The notes: generated by a model not told the origin, from the sequence alone. Positions 1 to 13,580 are shown, numbered from the whole stretch's first letter. The stretch is DNA of 56,327 nucleotides, filler included, from Dirinaria sp. TL-2023a (GCA_051941275.1; 6 parts of 6 records of this genome joined end to end with filler, not necessarily neighbours in it), one strand, 5' to 3'. Numbers and translations: made by a program.

Positions 1-3000
1 CTACTGACGAATATAATTAATTTTATATATCAAGATACTGTTCGATTCATAAGATTGAGATGAGATTATACGGAGAGTCGCAACTCGAAGTCATTAGTTC
101 TGCAGACAGACGAATAAGCTTGATTTGACAGCGATCTGAATGCCAATTTCGTTGAAAACGAATCTGTGAAAAGCCTTCGAAAGAACTTGAGTAAAGACTA
201 AGTCAAAGATCTTGGTGATCTTTCCAGCTCGGGATTCATAAACTTCAGTCGAGCGGCTGAGCATTCCAAAGGCCTTCCAAGAAGCAGCTTACAGTAAAAA
301 GCATCCATTACTAAGCATTGAGGAGTTTCATAACGGAAAACCTTGGCACATGGTTCAAGACCAAATTGACACCGAGAAATTTGTCTATGAAAACTGGAAG
401 CATAGTGAGAAAGAAAGGCAGCCAGATATAACTTCCGTCTAAGGAGATTGATTGATCAGCAACCGTGTACGCAATATCAGCTTTTCGCAGGCTTTCTCTC
501 AATCCTTGACCAAGAGCAACATACCGAAGTTGAGCAAAAGCCAGTCTTAGAAATCAGGGATCACAAAGCAGCAGGACATAGTAAAGCATCTCTCAAGGCC
601 AGCATGGAGTGACATTCATACTCGGAGAAACTTACTTCTTTTGCGAATCTCAGCGATTTCTGACGGGAGATTACTAAGAGATCTTTTCAAATGAGTGAAG
701 ACTACACATGCGATCAGTTCAGACAAGCGCTGGGGCACCCATCTGTGCTACTATGGATTTGTGGCACAGCCGTTTTTCAATCAGAGCTACTCTATGCCGT
801 GCAGAGCTAGCGTCTCCTCCTATAATGACAAGCCTCAAGCATTTCATACTCGTACAAGTACGAGTACAAGGTTGGTTTCGGCTGGATCGAGCTCACGATT
901 TCCAGGCTCAGAGGTAAACCAGACTGCGGGGATGTGTCGATCCCGTAAGGGCTGAAAGGAACATGCGAATATTTCTTCTCATCGCAGAATCGACAAATTT
1001 AGTACATTTTGTTTTTGATCCGTAAATACTTCTTGCCTCAATTATAATCACAGGAAATTTTTGAAATTCTAAGTCGAAAACCATTCACCATGGGTTCTCT
1101 AATCATTGCATACTTTTTACTCTGATCTATCATCCTTTTCTCAGATTCTAGAAATTTTAAACTCTAGAGGCAGAAAGTGTGCAGTACGATGACTGGCTTA
1201 GGAAAAAAGTCTTCTTCGTTGACATTTAGTAAGCAGCGCTTTTCTGGTCAGCCGGTATAGATCATAATCGGTCAGCGCTCGCGATGGAGACTGAAACAAG
1301 ACAAAATGGAAGCTGAAGCGCTCGAGGATGAAATATCGCTGGTTGGCGCTCTCACCGATTTTGAACGCGATGCAATCCAATTTGCGATCGATCTGATGAA
1401 GCAAGAGTCCTCTGGCATGACAGAGCCCGGAGAAGGCGGCATCACGCCAATTGAGACCACGCTATACAAGTGGTCTGAGACAAGCTGGTTAAGTCAGATG
1501 TAACTTCTAATCCGATACACCTGAATGCGTTCAAGGCTTTTTGAGAAGTATACATTAGTAAAGACATTTGTAGTCTGAGAAAGAGGTACAAGGCGCGCCT
1601 GAAAGGGACAAACAACTGTAAAGCCAAACGCAAGGCGGCCTCCCCAAAAATCAAGTCCTAGAATAGGAGGACAGACGGGCTGATGAACAGCGAAAGTGAC
1701 ACGACTCGCCTCAGCGGGCTTTCTGACGGGCGCCAACTCTGAAGAAACAGACTCTCGCGTTATGACCGACTCACTTCAAGAATGGGACTGGAATATCCTC
1801 AAAAGCATATTTATTTATTTTTACAAGAATAACCGAGAAGCAAGCCCGAATCTTGTGTGATCCCGCTCGTGCTAATTTTCAAGTCTAGCATATGACTTGA
1901 GCAAGTCTCTACCCTTGCTCCCAGAGCGGTATGATTCGCTGCCTCATTGTTGAAAACCCTTTGAAGGTCGGGTCCCACCAGCAGACCATCGACACTATCC
2001 GAAATTTTGCTAAGTCCCATGGTATGACTGAGCATGCCACTACGTTGGATCAGATGCTCTTTTCATGCCTAATTTTGAAAGGTTCGTGATAGTTACCGAG
2101 CTCACCATTGAGTAGATTTCAATTCTTATTTCAGACTAATGTCACTCTGCTGATTAACGCTACCAACGGCGTCTTCGAACATCAGCCGAAACTACACTGT
2201 ATTTTGAGCACCGCAAGATAGAACTTGATTACTCTATTGGAAGCCTTTTCAAGTCACCCATGCATTTCTATTGTTAGCCACAGAGAAAGCTGAAAGATGA
2301 GAGCTGAAGCGCAATCGCTATAAAGCGAAGGTCATCGCATTTGTAAAATTCCGAACTGCATTCGAAAAGCAATTGTGTTCAGCTACGAGAATATGGGGTC
2401 AAGATGACACACTTTGTTGTCACGTATCCATTCGATGCAATCAATTTCTTTTAAGAGCTAATTGCTAATTTAAGCTAAACGTCTAAATTGCCGGTTTGAG
2501 ACCTTTTCCAAGCGCCCACCAGATTTGTCTAGGACAGAAGAATCTCGTGAGTTATACGGGACTACGCATGCGTCATTCGAGCCAAAGGCGAGGGCGACGA
2601 GATTGAATAATGTTAAGAGCACGAAAGATCACTTGATTAGTTGGCCCTGAAGACTCATCATTATAAGGGGCGAGGATATCGGCTCAAAACACAAGAATAG
2701 AAATATCTTGAAATATGAGTCCGAGCATATGGTGAGGAATCATTCATGTCTATGGAAATCACTTTCAGCTGCTTTAGTAGGACTTCTCACGTTGATCTAC
2801 GATATGGAATTTCAGAAAAGGTTCATAGAAAGTTTCCCCGTGTCTCTCATGACTCTGTCATAAACACCAATGAGACAACACAAGTTTAAATGAGAAAAAA
2901 TGACACAGAATAAGATCTACCTACCGATACAAGTAGTCAAGAAAGAACAAAAAAGAGGTTTTCGCCGAAATCAAAATTACATTCTTTCGCCCAGTCCAGA

Positions 3001-6000
3001 AGCCAAGGTAAGAGAACATAACACATTAGGTGGAATAAACCAGACATGGGTTAGTCCATTTTGTCAAGTCAGTCGAACCAAATACGATCTTGAGAATCCA
3101 GACCTGACTCTGGCCGGACGCGAGATCCTCTTGAATTCCTACGACATTTGCAACGACTGAATTCAATAATATCATGATCAGATAAGAATTTAATTATTGC
3201 CAGGCACAGAGATTTCTTGCCGGAGTGCCTAACGGCTTCTACAATATATATTGGTATTCAACGCGCTGACCAGACCAGACTCTGATCTCGCCACCGTGAG
3301 CACACCTTCTGAAGTGCGGTTTCTACGGATGGGAACGAGCCAGCCAGAGGTCCTTTTTTTTGTTCGAACAAGTTCAACGTCATTACATATTAAAGCATAC
3401 GCATTCCCTTCAAATTACTACCAGCAGATTATGGGTTGGAAGACAGTAGATTCATGTGGTTCCTCACAGGAGAATGTTACAGCTAACGATTTGAAGCCTC
3501 TGCTCGAGGGAACGAAATGGACACAGAATAGAACCACGTTTTGCAACCAACCATCTTTAGTTAAAGTCGCCCAAAATGGACCAACAGTTGTTGAATACCT
3601 TTGTCGATCTTTCTGGAAACAGCCCATCTCTCCAAATTTCATGGGATTATCCACATCTAATCTGGCATAATTTCACGACCGGAGTCTGGCCACCGAAAAA
3701 GGGAATTGTTTTTTGTACTTTTCAGCTTTTGCGGTGGATCTCTGAGGTTTGAGTTCTCGCCAAAGGCTCCAAAAGAACCGGCAAGAAGCCTCTCACTAAT
3801 TGTCTACGCGGACTACTTACGTACTATCTAATCATTTAGATCGCAGCTTACAATTACTTTGTCACGCAGCCTATTCTGAATCCTTCAAATTACCTTCAAA
3901 TGACAACCATTCAATGAGTCTTCCCAAAAATGAGCCAACATAGTTCTCTCGAATAAATCATCCGCAAGTGAGAAATTGGCTGAGCCAATCGCTCGCTCAG
4001 CTTCATCTCTACGAAAGATATTACTCTCATGATCTCATCAATTCGACAACAGAATCGACAACAAGATAAGAAACCCAAAAAGAGAGATCTCAAGCAAGAC
4101 AATAAATAAAACTGGAAGTATCCCTGCTGAGCATCGTGAAATGACAAGTATGAGTTTGACTTTAGATCTTTTCTGGCGAAGAAGTACTATTCTCATCGAA
4201 GATTGATTGTACGACTGAACTTACGAAACCCATCGAGGCTAATGCTATCGCCTGTCGAGGATGGACATCTGTTCAGCTCAGTGTAAGGTTTGATGTTGAT
4301 TCCGATGCTGTGAAGGTTTGTGACAAACGAGAGACGAAGGACCCGATTCTGAAGTTGAGATCGTGGGATCATGATCAACTCCGAAGAAACGACATGAGGA
4401 CTTTGATCCCCACGATCGTGCCGTCAATATTCGTAACATATCAATGTCTCCGAGTTATAGAATATCTAACCTGACTACAAATACAAGCCTCATGACTCCT
4501 CCAGCGTTCTCTTACGCACAAGCGATCTCGTCGTCGCGGTATACGATTTCTCGTTCGCCATTTCCGGACCTCAATGATACCGGCTGTAGTGATTTCTGTG
4601 ACAAACGTCACGCTCGTTCAGTGACGACTACAACATCATGACGACCGTAACCGGGGAAGGTAGAGGAACAAGATTTGTATTACAAGGCGCTGACAAATAT
4701 CAGATTCTGATTCTTCCACATTCCACGTTTTCCTACATTAATTCTACATGTAAGCGATAACACACCTCATCGATCGTCCCCTCTCTTCTGAAAGATTTCA
4801 AATATGCTTGTTGCTCATATCAAAAAAGCTATCTCTCTTACGTCTCCCATTCCCACCCTCGACGTCGTGTTAGTGCATCATCTGCGTCTCACCTCATCGC
4901 TTCGAAATATGTTGCTATTAATTCATCCTCCACTTTTGTCAACCATTCTTTATAGTCTCTGTCAATTTGTCCAATTCATACAGCATACTGCATTACAGAC
5001 GGTTCCGTGAGCAACCACTAGTACTAGCGCAGCTCAGATATATGGAACAAGAAAGGACCATTGTCGATTATAGGATGATCAGCGGCAGCTGCAGCATGTG
5101 TCTCGCGCCTTCGAAGAGATCTTAATTCAAATGAGATAGTTCAATTCATATTTGAAGATGATTCGACTTGCATCACTAAAGCCGTGATGGACAAAATCTG
5201 TTTTCAACGTCTCTGATCTGAAATACAGCTGCAAACCTCGTTCGGGTTTACGGAGTGACTCCTGCTCGAAGGGATGCAAATGGCAAAACTGGCATCGGTA
5301 TAGAAATAGATTTCGCATCCCTAGAGAGATGAACCACGATGGAATAAAGACTCCGAAATGTCGCTAATTAGCTGCTTGTATTCAACGGCTTTGCGCTTTT
5401 TTTTGGCAGCAGGCTCTCCAAAATGCCTAACGATCAAGCAGAAAAAAGGCTTCGTCCAAATTTTTATTGAATCTGTCGTTCTTCTTTTCTGCGCAATTCA
5501 GTACGTTATTGTGAATACATTCAAGCTCCACTTCTTTTGGAACATTTTCCTACGCTGTCCAATGGACTGCTAACGCATGGAATATCCTCTTTCTTCTTTT
5601 GTTCCGTCGCTCGAGTCACTGCTAGTACATTGAACTTTCGGTTTCTACCTCCCAGTTTTTCAATCCATTTCTAATATGTTGTGAAGCCGCTGGCGACTAT
5701 TCAGTGTTCCTCGGAGAGTTGTTTTATCGGTTGGCCATGAACAGCGACAAGCACATCATGGACTTTTGTACCAAGAATGTAATACATCGTCAACAAAATA
5801 GGGAAATATTGCTAATGAAATGATAGATAAAATTTTTACACACGGGCAATCTTAAAGGCTGTATGGTTTCAGAAACGGCAGCATTCGTAATAGAAAGCAA
5901 ACCGTAGCAACTCTAGCAGAATTAGCCACCTTTCAAACCTCCAACTCACCTATCTCCACGAGCATCGACATTCCAATACCGTCGTGGTCTTCCTGAGCTC

Positions 6001-6202
6001 TGATTTAACAGTGAGCACACTTCGAGTCATTTTCAAATCACTTTGAGCCCACTTAGTCCTGACTTTGTTTCAACATTACTTGAGCTAAGGACGAAGATAC
6101 ACAATCTGGCATAATCCTCTGCGGAGAACATTAAAGGTCACTTAAGCCGAGGCCGGATACCGTTGACAAGTCACCTACTGACAATATCGAGGTGAGGTGG
6201 GA

Positions 6203-6613
6203 ATGGCTACCCTGAGGAGAATGGCGGGCCACATCGAACAGAACCATATTATATTTGAACGAGATAAGGGCTCCGGTCGTAGTTTCGCCCGTGTCATAGG
6301 ACTCATCGAGGTAGCCTATAGCGAGATCGGCGAGATCAACCGTTAGGACCCTGACTCCAAGGATGCTAAGAAGATTTCCCTACCAGGACAAGGTGCTTCT
6401 ACCGAAGAGCTACTTCGTCAAGTTCTTTTTTCTACCCACAATGCCTTCCCAGCCCTACCTCAAGTTGTGCGAGCACTCAATGCAAGTCCGGGACGCCTAG
6501 CTGAATCGTCAATTGTCCAGGAAGAGAAGGGAGGTGATTCAAGCAAGCCCAATTAAGGAAATCAGCCGAAAAGAAATCTCTCGGACGCTCAAAGATACTT
6601 GTGCAACAAATAA
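6203..6613 (+). pseudogene. Decayed ORF relic of unknown family
   Basis: Protein-like frame MATLRRMAGHIEQNHIIFERDKGSGRSFARVIGLIEVAYSEIGEINR*DPDSKDAKK...SKPN*GNQPK with in-frame TAG (6344) and TAA (6554), each one C>T change from CAG/CAA. Confidence 0.35.
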
Positions 6614-7849
6614 TACGGGCACTTATTAGTGACTGTAACATTAGCCATGATATGAAAATGGGTACTTGATCTCTTCTAGCATCTTCTAATTAATCTTAAC
6701 GCGGCAAAAGGAGTCCGATGCTTAATGCAAGGGAGTCTGTGACTCGCGAAAAAGAAAAGGTCCAAACATCAACTGACGGAAGGACAAGTAAATATGATAA
6801 AGTCTCCTCCTCGACCAGAAATGCCCAGTAATCCCAGAAATGGAGCACCTACTAAGTCTAGAGTGAGAAAAGGAAAGGTAAAAAAAGGGAGGAGAGAAAA
6901 CCATCATCCCGAACAGTAGCATGGGCATTCCGGTTGCAGCACATCTCCCAGCCATAGACCCAGTCATCTATGCTGCATCTTCAGATCCTATTTCCAAACT
7001 CCACAGATGTGTGATTGAACGACTGCTGAGACGCGGTGGAAAGATTGAACTCCAAAATTCCACAACGAAGCACCACAATCAAAAGCCACAAGCTCAAACA
7101 CTCATTCCACTAGATCGTTCTCCCTCATCTCTGGTTCACAATTTATTCTTGGGCATCTCTTAATACCTTCGTGAGCATCTGCCCGAAGCACTATCCACGA
7201 TGCCAGATCTATCAGCCTAGACATCACAATAGTTCAAGACCCGAACTCAGCGAGCTAGTGCCCAAGGTAGCTTGGCTAGGGAAAAAAGGTCTTGCTGCCT
7301 GGGCCGAGGCTATCGAGGCAATTGATGCTACCGCCACTTGGGTGCGCATGTAGGCATTGCATGCTGGGCTATTGATGCTATTGTTCCCTCGGCTGCCGCC
7401 TTACGGATTTGCGGTCATCGATGCTATTATAGTTAGTAGATGGCAAACGGTTGACTTCTGATGGGGGACACACGGTGGCTACATTCATTGCCACCTCTTG
7501 TCAAGTGTGCGCATATTTTGTACGCATGCGGTTACTTTCAGCAGCTAGCTGAAGGAGGCTCGGCACTACTACGGAGTATATGCATCTTTTGGACACACTC
7601 TACTACTGAGGCTACCTTATTGGCGGGGAAGAAAGTGAATTTTCGATGCACTTTGGCGGCGTTTTGTCCGGTGAAATTGTACGAGAATGGGTACCTAATG
7701 TATATAGAGCACTCGCTGCACCCGCTCAGCGTTTTCTGAGATTTCAAGAATTTCTTCAATATCGCCTGCTTCAACATCGCAATTGACATCGCATTTCGAA
7801 AGCTTTCCTTTGGTGTGGTATCTCATTTGACCACTCATACGGGATTCCA

Positions 7850-8685
7850 ATGCCTCCCTCTCGTCAGTCTGCCAGAGCCAGGAGGGCATCTCCTCGTGTT
7901 CTGAAGCGAGAGGAATCTACGCCTGCTGCATCGTCACCTGATGCCCAGATACGTTTTACCTCGTCGCCGCATCAGGGGGTTCCGACTCCAAAGCCACTGC
8001 TTCATCATCGCGAGAGGCAGATATTAAGCGCCTAGTAGCCGATGATGAGGCGGACTTGAAGAAACGAATAATCGAGTTGGAGGAAGAAATCCGTATTTTC
8101 GAGACCCAGCATAGCTTGCAATCCGAAACTTCACCTGCCATCCCTGCGAGCAATGCCTTCTCTCAGGCAACCTCACTTGTACCACCACCCAACAGCGCCC
8201 CCTCATTGAATAGCAGCAACGGTAATGAACCTCCGTCTATTCTCCCTCTCCTAGAAATGTTTCCGGCGGTAGATACAAGGTTCTTTTACGAGATTTGGTC
8301 GGGCACTTTCGATCCTGCCGATCTCGCAAAGCTGTCCAATGACTGGGTAGACCGCCATCGTCAGCAGAATAATACTACCCCAGCAAAATTCAGGAGCATT
8401 GCGCAGTTTGCTTTGTGCATGGAGGTGTATGGTCAGACTGTACTGGAATTCACGCTACCTCGTCTACGCGGCGAACTGAGTGAGGCGCTGTCTACATATC
8501 GGCACCGTGTCTATCAGAACTTCACCACTTATACATTTGACTCCGTCATCTTGCTCAACAAGATCTTTCTATACGGCCGGCTTAATCAAGGCCAGGATAG
8601 AGCAGACGGATGGCGCACGGTCGACCGTAATCTGGAGAGCAGGGTTCTGGTGAAAAAGAGACCCCGTAGGGCCAGATACTATTAG
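7850..8685 (+). mobile_element. Solo gag-like ORF resembling ORF1 of fungal tyrosine-recombinase (DIRS/Ngaro-type) retroelements; one frameshift near 7975-7980
   Basis: Coiled-coil-like stretch (LKKRIIELEEEIR), low-complexity linker, then FPAVD..IWSGTFDPADLAKL ... YRHRVY..YTFDSV...F..GR ... WRTVDRNL. The ATG7850 frame joins the 8056 frame if the G5 run has one more G. No RT/RNaseH/YR downstream. Confidence 0.45.
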
Positions 8686-9321
8686 GAAGGCATCAGGCAA
8701 CGTCGGCCGGCGTTTGGATTCAAGCATACCTGAAGATCTAGCAACTCCGTACCGTTTTCTGACTCGCGTCGGTGACTTACGCCGGCCACCACAGCCACGC
8801 CGACAGCCCTCCTACCAACATTCATCCAAAACAGTCACTACCGAATCTAGATGGGAGGTTTACTTACCAATACCTCTTCAACGCCTCAAGATCCAGCAAA
8901 GGCCATCTGAGCATACGCACCATACCTTAGAAACACATCGAGAAAGAAAAAGAGGGTCATGGAGATGATCCAATCCTCTATCAAGAGCTCGCATGCGGTG
9001 TGGACTAATCGAGAGACCTCAAAAAGATAGTTATTCAGGCGGTAACCACCTTCACCACAACCGCTCCGTAGCCAGTAATTAATCTGAGCAGCCCAATACA
9101 TAATTCTTTATGATTAGTCTCTCTCACAACTCTCGCTACCTTTCCATAAGAATCAGTAGTACCCAGCACAGAGCGCTAACAAAGTATCTTTATTCGATTA
9201 TACTTCACCCTTTGCCCTGCGTAAACATATTAAAAAAAGAACCCTTCAACCTTTCAATTTTCAATCCTCGTTCAAAGAATCACCTATCATTTGCATCCTG
9301 TCTTATCGCATCATCTACTCC

Positions 9322-9421
9322 NNNNNNNNNNNNNNNNNNNNNNNNNNNNNNNNNNNNNNNNNNNNTTAATTAATTAANNNNNNNNNNNNNNNNNNNNNNN
9401 NNNNNNNNNNNNNNNNNNNNN
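9322..9421. other. Artificial contig spacer (44 N + TTAATTAATTAA + 44 N)
   Basis: Exactly 100 nt; the 12-mer core puts stop codons in all six frames; identical at five sites. Confidence 0.98.
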
Positions 9422-10052
9422 ACATCCCATTAACAAACCCTTACAAAAAAGAAAAGAGAAAAAGAGCAGAAGAAGCATGAAGCAAAAAGAAATGAACTGT
9501 AGAATAGATAAACGCCACACTAATAAAAACAAATAAGCAGCCGCGGTGCTTTTACACAGACGGACAGACGGAGGTAAGTATCGCTGATGGGTGTGCGGAG
9601 AGAGAGAGAGAAGAGGAAGAGGAAGAAAAAAGTGGGTTCAGTAATATGCATTTCTAAGCAAGGGGGGCAGGCAGAAAAAAGATGTTTATCTTCCCAAAAA
9701 CCCCAAAATTGTTAACGAACAATTTATCGCCCGCCTACCTTACTTTCCTCTCCTACCCTTCCTTTCCTTTTATGTATTCCAATGCTATGTTCAAGATATG
9801 GTTTCATGATGATCGCCGAACAGGGTCCGACCATATAAGGTTTAGAAAAATCCTCGTGTCTCGGCATTAATTCTTTCCTTCGAACCGGACCTCTGTGTTT
9901 ATTTATTTATTTGGTATATAGAAAGGAAGGAAGGAAGGGGGCTCAGAAGAGAGAGGGAGAGGGAAGGTGGGAGGTGTCATAACGTGCGCACGTCAAAAAA
10001 GGATCGAACTAATCTCTTGTTATTGCTATCAATTGCCAGCTCCCGAAGCTCA

Positions 10053-10781
10053 TCAACCGCCATCAGAAGACGTGGTCAGGTTCAGAGGCAGAGGGCTACC
10101 GTCCGCGCTCTCGTATCTCAGATCCCCTCTGCCGGCATTACTATACTCGGTGCCATTGACCGTGACCGAATCCGGCCACCTCCACTTCCTCGGCGCCTGC
10201 ACGTACGCCGTTCCTTTGCGCGCGGAAACAATGCCTCTTCTTCTCACGTTCCTGCCTGGTTGTCCGGCTCCGGTGATGATTGATCTTGGAACTGGGTTTA
10301 TGGACCCCTGTCCGCCACCGGCGAACCATTGCCCGCCACCCCACACAAACCCCAGCATCCCCTCTGCAAGAAGCCAGTCGACGTTTTCGTCATCAACGGG
10401 CGGGACCCCAGCGGGCAGCTGTACGTAACTCGCCCCACGCGGCTGCCGCTCGCCTGTGCCCTCGTAATGCCAACTCCCTGGGCCAGGCCGCGTCTCGAGG
10501 ACTGTGCCAGAGCAATATCGGATTGCGCCGCGGCGACCCCAGATGGCAGCCACGTGGGTTGGGAGCAAGTTGGACCAGTCAGCGGTGGCGGGGGAAAAGG
10601 GATTGAAGTAGTGGGTGAATTGGATAGGCAAGCCTTTGCAGCATTCGCCAGGGTTGAGGTTGTAACAGTGTTGGTAGATCGGCTGCACCGGGTCGTTCCG
10701 AATTGAGACTGAGACTGTTTTGCCCAGCTCGACAATACATAAGAGAAGAAGAAATCGCTGGAAGTAACCGGGAGCAACCAT
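10053..10781 (-). CDS. Hypothetical secreted protein, 242 aa
   Basis: Intronless ORF; hydrophobic N-terminal signal (FLLLLCIVELG); CYNLNPGECC motif; Trp/Gly-rich. Confidence 0.75.
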   Translation of the reverse strand: MVAPGYFQRFLLLLCIVELGKTVSVSIRNDPVQPIYQHCYNLNPGECCKGLPIQFTHYFNPFSPATADWSNLLPTHVAAIWGRRGAIRYCSGTVLETRPGPGSWHYEGTGERQPRGASYVQLPAGVPPVDDENVDWLLAEGMLGFVWGGGQWFAGGGQGSINPVPRSIITGAGQPGRNVRRRGIVSARKGTAYVQAPRKWRWPDSVTVNGTEYSNAGRGDLRYESADGSPLPLNLTTSSDGG

Positions 10782-11530
10782 TTGGCTCTTGAGGCTCTTC
10801 CGCTCTTAGAGAAAGATGCTCATTTCATATGCAAGAGGAGCGAGATATGATCTGCTCTTCGAAGACTGAAGCGCTTTGTTTCGCTCAATCATGATTGAGG
10901 AGCGAAGGATTCGTCGGCAAATAATTGTGCATGAGTAACTGTCAGAAAGCTGTGCATGAAACGGTTTTTGCGCGTCAATCTCACGTTTTGACGTGGTATG
11001 TCAGAGGCGTAAAGCTCATGTAGCCGCAATTAACTGATGAGTCGAACTCAAATTACTCAATCTGCCTTTAGCGCTCAGTAGTGAGCGCTGGCGACGAGCC
11101 TTGATGAGAATTCTGTCATGCAATACGTAAAAGTCAATCACGACCATTTGACACTCTGTCAAAGATTTTGGGTTTTGCAGCCGTGTCGCTGCGTGCCGCG
11201 TGCCGCGTGACATGTATAAGCGCTCCGCTACGAACACGAGGTCTTGATGGAGGCATTTTTCAAGCAGAGATTTATCCAAGGCTCGTGCTGTAGTATTAGT
11301 ATAAATGTAGTGGCGCCGCTGAATCAACGCGCTCAAAATAGCCTCCGGCATGCGCATTATTGGCAGCCGGTTTGGTTTGGACCATCATGATTCCATGTAC
11401 GGAGTACAAGCTAGAGCCGCAATTCACTAGAGCAATTCGATCCTCAATATCTAAAAGCCCCAGCTTTTTGTTTTAGTATATGTCTTCACATGAAACTCAC
11501 GAGTTAGCATGTCTTCAGGACAGCATTGTT

Positions 11531-13171
11531 TCAATCGGGCGATTTTATCTTGACTGTGAGGCCTTCATTTCGGTCTGGTCGGCCCTTCATCTGGTAAAGT
11601 GCTCCACCAACAAGATCCTTGGCGACGAGCTCTCTTGTTCTGCCCAAGCTTTCAATGGCAGAGATACGATCCAAAGTTGCCTGTAGATGCTCCTCAAAGC
11701 CCTCTTCGGAACAAATCTCGCGGAAAGCATTCATCATGGGCACGGAATCCGCTCGAACGTTGGCCTGAGCGTCGATGGTGAATATATTGATATGGTCGTA
11801 GCTCTTAATGAAATCTGCGCGCGTCATGATCTCACGAGCTTTGTGGAGCGGTATCTGAGGAAGCAGGCAGCGATCTTCTGGGTGTAGCTTCTCGCCGACT
11901 TCCTGCTCCTGGTCTACTAGAGCCTTCGCTAGTACCATCGCTGCTGAAGCGTATTTCTGCTGGTCCATAACGTCGTCATCCATTCCCTCACCAAGGATCC
12001 AGCACTTGTTCAAGAACCATGTCTTCTCCGTCTGACATATTTTATCGGCGGCGCGAATCATATCTGGGGATCTGGCAACGTGATTCAGGTAGGAAAGCCT
12101 ACCACCAATACGGTCGTACAGCGATTCGAGAATATTGAGCGATGGAATTTCCTGCCTGTACTTTTCCCTATATTTCCTCAGAGCGGCGATAGCTTCGTCC
12201 TTTGGCAAGTCGAGGACTGGCAAAACCTCCATCCTCGTAGCGTATTGTTTTAATCGTTCGTAGACCCAATAGTCGTCACTATTCATTATTACACTCACAA
12301 GATTACTAGCAGCCCATTGCTCGGCTCGTTGCTGAATCAATTCTAGAAGATCCTGACCGTCTTCATCATCGCGCATCAAATGCATGCTGTTGATGATAAG
12401 TACCAGCGGACGGCCCACAGTCTTTCGACGGATGAGCGCGATCTTCTCTAACTTATTGAAGGCCCTCTCTATGTCAAGAAGAGCTGTCGTGTCCCGTGGA
12501 CCGCGGATGCTAAACAAGCTACCAATATAATCTTCATGAAACTCGTAGTCAAGTGCCTTCCCCAAGCGTATGCGGAAGATCTCAAGATCAGCGTGAGCCT
12601 CAAACATGGAGATACCCTCACCATTGACTTTTTGCATTGCGTCTAGCAGCATCGACGATTTGCCCGTGCCTTTCTCGCCAATGAGTAGATGGTAATGACC
12701 TCGGTGAGTACCGTTGATGACGCTGTCAATCTTCGCTTGTTCACGGCGGCGGATCCAGTGCTTTTCGTCATCCGTGAGGATCTTCATAGGAGTACGATTG
12801 TCCGGCTCGCCAGCAATCTCTAGGACCGGGTCTCCAGGCTTGAAGGCGTTTCCCACTTTTTGGAGGACTAGATACTTGTAATAGCGATGGTAGCTATAGC
12901 CCGCTAAGCCAAGCACAGTGAGCGAAACTAGCGTCGTTACTGCGCTCTCCAGCATTTTGTGCAAGGTTGCATTTGATTTGACTTTCTGCCATCGCGAACT
13001 TGAATCAGACTTCTTGGACTCGTTAGACTCGTCTTGATTATCCAGGCCAAATTGCCCGGGCGTAGGTATCCCACCAAAGCCGTTCGAATAATACCTGCTC
13101 AAAAGCATAGCGATATTCCGTTCGATAAGTGACTTGCGAACGAGCTTGCTTCTCCGATATACGAAAGCCAT
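11531..13171 (-). CDS. Conserved fungal P-loop (AAA-like) ATPase with N-terminal TM anchor, possibly mitochondrial
   Basis: 546-aa ORF; Walker A GEKGTGKS; TM segment LVSLTVLGLAGYSY; basic N-terminus; exact start uncertain. Confidence 0.85.
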   Translation of the reverse strand: MAFVYRRSKLVRKSLIERNIAMLLSRYYSNGFGGIPTPGQFGLDNQDESNESKKSDSSSRWQKVKSNATLHKMLESAVTTLVSLTVLGLAGYSYHRYYKYLVLQKVGNAFKPGDPVLEIAGEPDNRTPMKILTDDEKHWIRRREQAKIDSVINGTHRGHYHLLIGEKGTGKSSMLLDAMQKVNGEGISMFEAHADLEIFRIRLGKALDYEFHEDYIGSLFSIRGPRDTTALLDIERAFNKLEKIALIRRKTVGRPLVLIINSMHLMRDDEDGQDLLELIQQRAEQWAASNLVSVIMNSDDYWVYERLKQYATRMEVLPVLDLPKDEAIAALRKYREKYRQEIPSLNILESLYDRIGGRLSYLNHVARSPDMIRAADKICQTEKTWFLNKCWILGEGMDDDVMDQQKYASAAMVLAKALVDQEQEVGEKLHPEDRCLLPQIPLHKAREIMTRADFIKSYDHINIFTIDAQANVRADSVPMMNAFREICSEEGFEEHLQATLDRISAIESLGRTRELVAKDLVGGALYQMKGRPDRNEGLTVKIKSPD

Positions 13172-13580
13172 ATTCTTGCAATGCCTATGGAGCTTGTGTG
13201 AGGGACCATGAACAAGATTGTAGCTTTAACACTGCTGTAGGCACGTTCAAGCGCTCAATGGAATCTGAGCCATCTTTCATATGTCAAGATCAAGGCGCCT
13301 TCAATGCGAAGAAAAGTCTGGAGCTAACATGGCAAAAAAAGGATATCTTGCTGCTCTATGAACACGAGGGTAACAGAGGAGCGCATCACTCTCTGAACCG
13401 GCTGCATTCGAAGTACAGCAATGAAATTTCAAATACAAGTGAATGTGAGTGTTAATGTAACTTACTATCTAGATCTTACAACGAAGGAAAGAATGATGTA
13501 TTCTGCCTAGAAAGTAATAATAATGTTGTCTTAGCACGGGATTGATTCATTTTCGGCCAAAACAGGCAGTTTGCGGCTCT

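Noticed and set aside
9366..9377. TTAATTAATTAA recurring about every 9.4 kb as a periodic biological element
   Set aside because: Always embedded in 44-N flanks; it is an assembly linker
9967..10777. Alternative-frame and antisense ORFs over the secreted protein gene
   Set aside because: GC-rich shadow ORFs
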